From Polyangiales bacterium (GTDB taxonomy: Bacteria; Myxococcota_A; Polyangia; Polyangiales; Houyiibacteriaceae), in contig DASRZF010000105.1 of the NCBI GenBank assembly GCA_035686645.1, positions 1 to 51,428 of the forward strand: a stretch of DNA of 51,428 nucleotides, read 5' to 3'. This document shows positions 28,477 to 34,431 of this stretch, one piece after another. Position numbers and translations under genes: made by a program. The first letter of the stretch is position 1, and every line of letters starts with the position of its first letter. The notes beneath the pieces were generated by a model. It saw only the letters and a list, made by a program, of their open reading frames with translations, was not told the origin of the DNA and ran no database searches.

Positions 28477-28854
28477 ATGGAGATTTTCCTGAATAAGCGC
28501 GCGATGCGGGCGCTCAGGCTTTCGGTTGCCGATGCGATCGAGGATGGTGAAATTGATGCGCTACGAGATGATCTGGTCAGCGCCTTTTCCGATGATGACA
28601 TCGAGGAAATCGAACGCCGTATCGACAGCGGGGATTTCTACGACTTCGTTTCGGAGATCCTGGACGAGTGGTCCGGAGAGGATTTCGACGAGCTCATCGA
28701 GCTGATCGAGACACAGCTCAGCGATGCGGACGTGGATCTGAAATATACCGCGACCGAGGTCGAAGAGGACGACACCGAAGAGGCCAGCGAGGAAGAAGAC
28801 GAAGACGACACCGATGACGAGCTCATCGTGGACGACGAGGATGAAGAACTCTGA
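28477..28854 (+). CDS. hyper-acidic small protein (125 aa, roughly 40 percent Asp+Glu), unknown function
   Basis: Clean ORF with an SD and the promoter above. ...EIDALRDDLVSAFSDDDIEEIERRIDSGDFYDFVSEILDEWSGEDFDELIELIE... ending in an EEDDTEEASEEEDEDDTDDELIVDDEDEEL tail. Confidence 0.65.
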   Translation: MEIFLNKRAMRALRLSVADAIEDGEIDALRDDLVSAFSDDDIEEIERRIDSGDFYDFVSEILDEWSGEDFDELIELIETQLSDADVDLKYTATEVEEDDTEEASEEEDEDDTDDELIVDDEDEEL

Positions 28855-28963
28855 GGAAAACGGCACAGTCGCCGCTTTCGGAGTGCCTCGAAACCCCGCC
28901 TAATTGACAGGCCCCCCCCGTCACGCTACCAGCATCGCCGCGCTCGTTGAGAGCGATCCCTAG

Positions 28964-29039
<76 letters not shown>

Positions 29040-29540
29040 TCTTTTCGGGCACTTGCGTGTATGGTGAATTTGGCGTTGACCAGTCGTTGACCAATCCGGG
29101 AGCCACTTTCGAGTCGTCGGACCACTGCGCGTCATATCGCTTGGTGTGCATCGCTCCGTCTCGGGCGTGAAAGACGAGGCCTGCCGCCCTCGTGACGTCG
29201 TCCCTGCGCCTCCAGAGCGTGAGTGCCTCCAGGACAGGCGGCAGGTCACAGAAGTTGCGCGAGATCGCGATTTTTTTTCGTGTCCGGTTCCCCGAAGGGG
29301 ATCGATCCGTCTGTGACTCTCAGCGACAAAATTGGTCAACATGGGACCCAACTCGTTGGGGCACGGGATAGTTTTGTCTGCCAACAAAACTGCTCGCGCT
29401 GCCTTCTCCCGCTCGTCGCGTGATCGGTCGCGGGAGTTGCGCGCTCAACGCCTCCGGCTTATTCGCCCACGCTGCGCGGTGCAGCAGGTAGTCTCCACCA
29501 ACGCCCTTTCAGCTTCGCGCCCCACGCGACACAACGAGCT
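29040..29540 (-). pseudogene. possible tyrosine-integrase remnant (multiple frameshifts, truncated at the tRNA)
   Basis: Minus-strand pieces in three frames, in the order expected for a Tyr recombinase: GDYLLHRAAWANKPEALSAQ (box-I-like), VLLADKTIPCPNELGPMLTNFVAE, then LPPVLEALTLWRRRDDVTRAAGLVFHARDGAMHTKRYD. An A8/T8 run at 29271-29278 lies between frames. No catalytic RHRY set could be assembled. Confidence 0.35.
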
Positions 29541-29544
29541 AGTA

Positions 29545-29590
29545 CCGCGCAATTGGGCGTTTACGATGAGCCCGATGGGCTAAGAGAGCT
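29545..29590 (+). repeat. 46-bp repeat, copy 1 (followed by a 9-bp tandem duplication of TAAGAGAGC at 29581-29598)
   Basis: CCGCGCAATTGGGCGTTTACGATGAGCCCGATGGGCTAAGAGAGCT, identical to 31035-31080. It contains the palindrome AGCCC-GAT-GGGCT. Confidence 0.9.
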
Positions 29591-29666
29591 AAGAGAGCCG
29601 ATCCGCGCTACACGGCGTAAGAGTGTCGTCCGCAGACTCGACACCGAAGAACGAGGAGGGTTTTAC

Positions 29667-29954
29667 ATGTCCAACGAAGGCTACCATGAACCAATCGCTG
29701 AGTTGTCAGACGAGACCCGAGACATGCATCGCGCGATCACGTCTTTGATGGAAGAGCTAGAGGCCGTCGATTGGTACAATCAACGTGTTGACGCCTGCAA
29801 GGATGCCGAGCTCAAGGCCATTCTCGCCCACAATCGGGACGAAGAGAAGGAGCACGCGGCCATGGTGCTCGAATGGATCCGGCGCCGTGACACGAAGTTC
29901 GAGCATGAGCTCAAGGACTATCTGTTCACCGACAAGACAATCGCCCACGAGTAG
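29667..29954 (+). CDS. encapsulated-ferritin-like (EncFtn family) ferritin-like protein, 95 aa, with no C-terminal targeting extension
   Basis: GAGGAGGG SD 6 nt before ATG 29667. Sequence: ...YHEPIAELSDETRDMHRAITSLMEELEAVDWYNQRVDACKDAELKAILAHNRDEEKEHAAMVLEWIRRRD...YLF. From memory this matches the EncFtn core, including the E...ExxH metal ligands. The track ORF start at 29553 lies inside the repeat and is rejected. Confidence 0.75.
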   Translation: MSNEGYHEPIAELSDETRDMHRAITSLMEELEAVDWYNQRVDACKDAELKAILAHNRDEEKEHAAMVLEWIRRRDTKFEHELKDYLFTDKTIAHE

Positions 29955-29977
29955 TGTGAACAACCCCCCCTCTAGTC

Positions 29978-30131
29978 TCAGCGGCTGCCCACGTGTTCGT
30001 GCGCTGCCATCGGGCGCAACCGGTCAATTTCCGTGCCTTGCCTCGAGCGCGCCATCGACGATGAAGCTCGGGGCACCGAAGATGCCGAGGCGCCGCGCCT
30101 CATCGGTCTGTGCGCGGAGTCGTTCTTTCAT
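29978..30131 (-). pseudogene. C-terminal fragment of a DsbA-family / 2-hydroxychromene-2-carboxylate-isomerase-like gene
   Basis: Minus frame MKERLRAQTDEARRLGIFGAPSFIVDGALEARHGN*. A frameshift then gives GTEIDRLRPMAA. Together this resembles the family C-terminus ...GvFGvPtfvvdGe.fwG.DRL.... No N-terminal CxxC part is present, and it overlaps the 3' end of the next gene. Confidence 0.4.
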
Positions 30132-30765
30132 GGGTGGAGCCGTCCTGTGTCCTCTTTCGCACACAGCGAATCTCGGGTGTGCCATGACCCCACGTCAGAA
30201 ACGCTTCGCCTTGGTGCTCCCAAAACGATTCGTTTCCGCCTGCGTACTTGGCGCCACTTGCGCTTGGTTGAAGAAACATCAACGAGACCCGGTCCCCTCG
30301 CTCCACGACGACCGTGGGCGGATCCGTTGCGAAGAGGGTGGCGACCAGCTCGCTGCGTGAGTCGTCCTCGCACGTGTAAGACATCGGTCCAGTCGCGTGA
30401 ACGAGGTGGTATCGAGCCTGGAGCGCTGCGATTCGAAGCTGGTAGCTGCCTTCGACGCAGGCGCGCGGGGCGCTGCTCTTCCAACAATCGTTGCGCCCCT
30501 TGATCCACCCGCGCTGTTCTGCCCGGAGCACGTGCGGGCGTTCGTCCACCGCCTTCCGTGACGCCGCGGCATAGACGGATGCCATCGTTCGATCGACCGC
30601 AGACAGCGCCTCGTCCTCGCAGATCAGCTGCTCGATGCTGCCTCGGGCCTTGCTGCAGTCGAACGACGGGCCTGCCGCCGTCGCCGCGGCTGACGGGGCT
30701 AGCCATGTAGACACCGCCATCCAGACGAGCGTTCCGGCGACCGTAACAATCGGAAATGATTTCAT
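30100..30765 (-). CDS. LprI-like lysozyme inhibitor (DUF1311 + MliC domains), secreted
   Basis: Signal peptide MKSFPIVTVAGTLVWMAVSTWLAPSAAA. DUF1311 pattern: CSKARGSIEQLICEDEALSAVDRTMASVY...LRAEQRGWIKGRNDCW. MliC pattern: YTCED...LQPSASGAKYAGGNESFWEHQGEAFL.....EIRC. The last ~20 codons read through the DsbA-like fragment. Confidence 0.75.
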   Translation of the reverse strand: MKSFPIVTVAGTLVWMAVSTWLAPSAAATAAGPSFDCSKARGSIEQLICEDEALSAVDRTMASVYAAASRKAVDERPHVLRAEQRGWIKGRNDCWKSSAPRACVEGSYQLRIAALQARYHLVHATGPMSYTCEDDSRSELVATLFATDPPTVVVERGDRVSLMFLQPSASGAKYAGGNESFWEHQGEAFLTWGHGTPEIRCVRKRTQDGSTHERTTPRTDR

Positions 30766-30806
30766 CGAGAGCTCAACGTCCAAAGCACCCAGATCCTTCC
30801 CGCGCG

Positions 30807-31028
30807 TCACCCTGCGGGTACGTCCGGATCCGACATCATCTCCGCAAGCGATGGAAACCTGAGGGAAATGACATCGCCGTCATGCACCTTTCGCAACCCC
30901 TCGACGAGGATCTTGTCGGTCTCGGTGAGGCCCTCCGCGACGACATAGAGGTGAGGGATCTCCTCGGCAACCGAGAGCATAGCGAATTCAAAGGCCCTGT
31001 CCGCGCTGCGACCAACGCGACGTAACAT
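30807..31028 (-). pseudogene. C-terminal fragment of an RND-type efflux periplasmic adaptor (MFP) gene
   Basis: ...SVAEEIPHLYVVAEGLTETDKILVEGLRKVHDGDVISL... matches the conserved adaptor C-terminus (vv.eGLk.GdkvvveGLqkvr.G..V). The ~300 aa that should precede it are missing. Upstream of about 30980 the frame runs into the repeat element. Confidence 0.5.
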
Positions 31029-31034
31029 CGAGTG

Positions 31035-31080
31035 CCGCGCAATTGGGCGTTTACGATGAGCCCGATGGGCTAAGAGAGCT
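31035..31080 (+). repeat. 46-bp repeat, copy 2 (part of a longer ~101-bp version, 30980-31080)
   Basis: Identical to 29545-29590. The segment 30980-30999 (ATAGCGAATTCAAAGGCCCT) is additionally shared (18/20) with the third copy at 41097-41116. Confidence 0.9.
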
Positions 31081-31081
31081 C

Positions 31082-31181
31082 CCGAAAACGTGTCGGCACA
31101 AACAGGCCTGGCGACGGCGACCGCTCCCCGCTGAGAGGGCGGGCTTGTTCAGCCACGCTAGCTTTGCGCGACACGTTTCGG
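31082..31181. repeat. long imperfect inverted repeat / large stem-loop adjacent to repeat copy 2
   Basis: CCGAAAACGTGTCG (31082-31095) pairs with CGACACGTTTCGG (31169-31181), with one bulged A. The 73-nt interior has further partial complementarity (ACAAACAGGCC / GGGCTTGTT). Confidence 0.5.
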
Positions 31182-31295
31182 CGCGATGCATTCCCCGTCG
31201 GGAAGCCTACTGACTCTCCGCGTACCGGGGTAAGTCCAGGGCACGCGCTTAACAGTCCACCGAGGCGGATCAACTCCAATCTTGAATTTGGGTCT

Positions 31296-32912
31296 TCATA
31301 AACACACGCCGATGCACGTTCCGGAGATGCACTCGGCGTTGGCGGTGCACGGATTGCCAGGGCCGAGATCGTTGATGCAATCGCCAAAAAGGTTGCAGTG
31401 CTTGTTTGCCGCGCATTGGCTGTCGCGGACGCACTCCGCGCAAAAGCCCGCCGAACAGATGTTAGACAGACATTCGGCGTTGGCCGTGCACACAGCGTTG
31501 TTGCTGAGGTCGTTGATGCAGTCCCCGAAGAGGTTGCAGTGTTTGTTCGCCGCGCATTGGTCGTCGCGAACGCACTCCGCGCAAAAGCCCGCCGAACAGA
31601 TGTTGGACAGGCATTCGGCATTGGCCGTACACACAGCGTTGTTGCCGAGATCGTCGATGCAATCGCCCAAGAGGTTGCAGTGTTTGTTCGCCGCGCATTG
31701 GTCGTCGCGGCCGCATTCACGGCATACGCCCAGCGTGCAGACACCGCTCGTACACGCGTTGCTCGTACTGCAACCACTCCCCTCCTCGAGAGGCCTCGCC
31801 AAACACACGCCCCAGTTGCAGATCCCCGACGAGCAATCTCCGTTCGCGAGACATGAAGGAGGTGTGCATTCTCCGTGAACGCCACAGTTCTCCGATTCGC
31901 ATTCGGTATTCAAAACGCAACTCGCACCGTTTGGTAAGTCACCCTTGCAGTCGCGGGAGTTGGCGACGGACTCGCCGGCCATTTCATCGCATGTTCCGTC
32001 GGTCGTGAAGTCGGGGCAACACTGACAGTTGCGTCCCTGGCCACCAACCCAGCCCGTTTCGGGTTGGTCGGCGACCGCCTTTGCGTAGATGAGCGCCAAC
32101 ACATCGCACGTGATGCGGCACGGACCCACCGCATAAGTGGCCGCGCAGGTATCTAGCAAGCGCGATCGAAACTCGTCGTCGCACTGGGCGCGAGTCGAAC
32201 CGCAGACCGCATAGCAGTAGTCGTGAAGCTCGCATGCGCTCCTGAGGTCGGGGCCGGCCGTGTTCGCGTTGGCGTTCTCGTTGCCAAAGGGCACCGTGCA
32301 GAGGCCCTCGCTCACACGCTCCAACGGGTTGTCCGCGATCCCCTGCCGCACCTCCGGATCGTCGGGGATATCATAGCCTGCATCTTCGAGCGCAGCGATG
32401 AACTGTTGTGCGCTGCACCCATCGGAGTCTCTCGTTGGCGATTCTCCATTGGGGCCACGCGCATCAAAACACTCTCCCCTCTGGCCATCCGGCGCAACTT
32501 CGCCAACGCAAGGCGCACATCCAGTGTCGGTGCACTGAGGCCTCTCCGGTGGGCACTCGCTGTCCTCCAGGCAGAGCCTCTCGCGGCAACTCCCATCGAT
32601 GCACGCCTGCATCTCACCCGCGCAGTTTGCTTTGGAAAGGCACTCAACGCAGCTGCCCTCGGCAAGGTTGCAGAGAAGGCCATCTGTTTCGCACAGTGAG
32701 TCAGGGCTGCACGGGAGCGCGATCCGGCCACCCATGCCACCGGTGCCGTCCGTGCCTGCAGTCCCGGCCGCGCCGCCGGCTCCTCCCGCTCCGCCGCGAG
32801 CACCCGCGCCGTCAACTCCCCCGGCGCCGGCCGCCCCCTCGTCGCTGCCGCATCCGCCGAGGGAAAGCGTGACCAGGGCGAATATCCAGAGTCTTCCAAC
32901 TTGCACCCGCAT
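31296..32912 (-). CDS. Cys-rich secreted lipoprotein with a central HDxCY (phospholipase-A2-like) motif and C-terminal Cys-rich repeats
   Basis: Lipobox LSLGGC. Gly/Ala-rich linker (GAAGAGGVDGAGARGGAGGAGGAAGTAGTDGTGG). Central ...DSDGCSAQQF...SACELHDYCYAVCG.... C-terminal 3 x ~47-aa repeats: ECVRDDQCAANKHCNLFGDCINDL.NNAVCTANAECLSNICSAGFCA. Confidence 0.8.
   Translation of the reverse strand: MRVQVGRLWIFALVTLSLGGCGSDEGAAGAGGVDGAGARGGAGGAGGAAGTAGTDGTGGMGGRIALPCSPDSLCETDGLLCNLAEGSCVECLSKANCAGEMQACIDGSCRERLCLEDSECPPERPQCTDTGCAPCVGEVAPDGQRGECFDARGPNGESPTRDSDGCSAQQFIAALEDAGYDIPDDPEVRQGIADNPLERVSEGLCTVPFGNENANANTAGPDLRSACELHDYCYAVCGSTRAQCDDEFRSRLLDTCAATYAVGPCRITCDVLALIYAKAVADQPETGWVGGQGRNCQCCPDFTTDGTCDEMAGESVANSRDCKGDLPNGASCVLNTECESENCGVHGECTPPSCLANGDCSSGICNWGVCLARPLEEGSGCSTSNACTSGVCTLGVCRECGRDDQCAANKHCNLLGDCIDDLGNNAVCTANAECLSNICSAGFCAECVRDDQCAANKHCNLFGDCINDLSNNAVCTANAECLSNICSAGFCAECVRDSQCAANKHCNLFGDCINDLGPGNPCTANAECISGTCIGVCL
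31299..31718 (-). repeat. three tandem 141-bp (47-codon) coding repeats inside the Cys-rich lipoprotein gene
   Basis: Units at about 31299-31436, 31437-31577 and 31578-31718. Units 2 and 3 are roughly 90 percent identical at the DNA level by eye, for example the shared GAGGTTGCAGTGTTTGTTCGCCGCGCATTGGTCGTCGCG. Confidence 0.85.
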
Positions 32913-33229
32913 CGATTCCCTTTCCGATCAGGCGACAGTCTTCCTCGCCGAGCACCCGGACAGATGACCTTACATGTTTTGCGAGTGAGGCGGAAGAGAA
33001 GGTTCCTCCGGCGGGAGATGAACGAAGATCCGAAAACGCGCCGACGTCGTACATCGCGTCCCGCGGTCACTGCGAAGTACAGATGCACCTAACGCTTCTG
33101 CACTGGTAGCTTCCGATAAGGCAATAGCAACCTCACCCTGGTTGGCGTACGCCACCGCGTAGATCACGAGAGGAACGGCGCTGGAAAGGCACGGAGCCGG
33201 CAACCACGGTCGGGTCGTCTAGGCGGCCT

Positions 33230-33949
33230 CTAAGGAACCGGCGCCCGTACCTCGCGACCGATGACGGCTCCGATGGCGAATACCGGAATGACATTCCAGG
33301 AAAGGAAGTGGGACAATCGAAGGTTGCCTTTGGTGTGTTTCAGGATCTCGTATCGAAGCGTCCAGCCCATGAAAAAACGATTGATGTGAAGGTCGATGTC
33401 GAGCCCGAACCGAGCTCCGACGACGGCTGACTGCTCGCTCTGGTTGAAGGAACCGGTTCGATCGGTATACGACTTGCCAGCGGCCACGCTTGCGTGCAGC
33501 GTCAGGGTCCACAAGAGTCGTCCTCGCTCACGCGCTGTCCGGATGACGTACCGATAGCCGTATCCCGCATGCGCAACGACGAACTCCGTCCACAACTGAG
33601 GTGGACAGTCGAAGATGCACAGAAATTCGGCGTCGCTGTCGACGTCTATGTCCAATCGATAGTCAACGTCGACCAACACGCCGTGACCGTTCTTCGGATA
33701 GAAGCGCACACCCAAGGCCGGCACCACATAGAGGCTCCGCTTCCCCGAGTCGGGTAGGTCCATGGCGCCAGAGCGATAGCTCGACCAGCGATACGACGCC
33801 GTGAAGAGGCGGAATCTCAGCTCGGTCGAAAGCGAGGCGCCCTTCTTTGATTCGCTCGTCTGCTCGACGTCTTGCGCCGGAACTCGTTGAAACGATCCGC
33901 TCAGAAGAGCTGCGACCAGTGCCGCCAACCCGAGCCATGAAGAACGCAT
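33230..33949 (-). CDS. small outer-membrane beta-barrel protein (239 aa), unknown family
   Basis: GGAGG lies 6 nt before ATG 33949. Signal peptide MRSSWLGLAALVAALLSGSFQRVPAQ. Alternating-hydrophobic strands with aromatic girdle residues. The upstream 98 codons of the track ORF look non-coding. Confidence 0.65.
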   Translation of the reverse strand: MRSSWLGLAALVAALLSGSFQRVPAQDVEQTSESKKGASLSTELRFRLFTASYRWSSYRSGAMDLPDSGKRSLYVVPALGVRFYPKNGHGVLVDVDYRLDIDVDSDAEFLCIFDCPPQLWTEFVVAHAGYGYRYVIRTARERGRLLWTLTLHASVAAGKSYTDRTGSFNQSEQSAVVGARFGLDIDLHINRFFMGWTLRYEILKHTKGNLRLSHFLSWNVIPVFAIGAVIGREVRAPVP

Positions 33950-33986
33950 GAGCAGCCTCCCAGGTCGGTACCCGCCGCTAGTGAGA

Positions 33987-34003
33987 TGCATCAGCCGTGC
34001 CAG
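33987..34003 (-). promoter_or_regulatory. sigma-54 (-24/-12) promoter upstream of the beta-barrel gene
   Basis: The minus strand reads CTGGCACGGCTGATGCA, against the consensus YTGGCACGrNNNTTGCW. Spacing is exact and there is one mismatch (ATGC for TTGC). It ends 37 nt before the ATG. Confidence 0.45.
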
Positions 34004-34431
34004 ACAGAAGCCCCGTTTCTCCAGGCGATTCCGGTACAGCGGCGCGCAGATCTTTCGTATGCGGCATGGAGGCGCAGCAGGTGCGCGGTCGGCATCGGCG
34101 CGTGCCTCGCGACAATCTGGCGCACACTCGATTCTGTTCATCGAGCGCACAATCGACCAGCTAACCCAGTCGAAGGACATCGCCGCGCTTCGAAAAGTGG
34201 GGGGTGATACCGGATCCGCTAGGGGAAGTTCGACGCAAACCACTTCCAGATGCCCACGGTCGACAAGCTCACGTCGTGTTTTCGGTAAATCTCGCCAACG
34301 ATCGATCGGTGTCGCTCGTCGAAGTGCTCTGTCTTCGGAGCAATCGCCAGATCAACGGACGTGAGTTGCCTGCGAATTCCTGGTGATTGATACAAAGATC
34401 GGTAGGCCGGTTCTGGTCTCTTCGCTGGCCG

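Larger units (their letters stand above)
29040..31080. mobile_element. decayed tRNA-Thr-associated accessory patch (remnant of an integrative element, or a recombination scar)
   Basis: Directly 3' of the tRNA lie an integrase-like remnant, two further gene fragments, two intact small cargo-like genes and the flanking 46-bp direct repeats. The true outer boundary is unknown. Confidence 0.35.

Noticed and set aside
28903-28932. Possible promoter for tRNA-Thr (TTGACA-N17-TACCAG)
   Set aside because: The -35 is perfect but the -10 candidate lacks the invariant final T, so it is not reported as a feature.
29551-29590. Reading the 46-bp repeat as a sigma-70 promoter (TTGGGC or TTTACG as -35, TAAGAG as -10)
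   Set aside because: The spacings are 22 nt and 15 nt respectively, outside the usual 16-18 nt, and the -10 candidate is weak. I cannot support a promoter call, and the function of the repeat is left open.
29553-29666. Upstream part of track ORF 29553..29954 (MGVYDEPDGLRELREPIRATRRK...)
   Set aside because: It starts inside the non-coding repeat, whereas a strong GAGGAGGG SD precedes the internal ATG at 29667, where EncFtn homology begins.
29955-31295. Search for an encapsulin shell gene or remnant next to the EncFtn-like gene
   Set aside because: All six frames downstream give only the DsbA-like fragment, the MliC/LprI gene, the adaptor fragment and the repeat. I could not see anything resembling an HK97-fold shell protein.
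31070-31885. ORFs 31070..31885(-), 31282..31878(+) and 31398..31856(+) across the Cys-rich repeat region
   Set aside because: These are alternative frames of the 141-bp tandem repeats. Their repetitiveness simply mirrors the real frame (31296..32912), which has a signal peptide, a lipobox and a regular Cys spacing.
32970-33203. 77-aa minus-strand ORF in the 317-bp gap between the beta-barrel and the Cys-rich lipoprotein genes
   Set aside because: No SD, mixed composition and no motif. It is more likely the promoter or leader region of the lipoprotein gene.
33948-34364. Track ORF 33948..34364(+), 138 aa, in the large gap upstream of the beta-barrel gene
   Set aside because: Arg/Ser-rich composition with no motifs, and it begins inside the divergent gene's start region. 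I treat the region as regulatory (sigma-54 promoter plus possible enhancer DNA).
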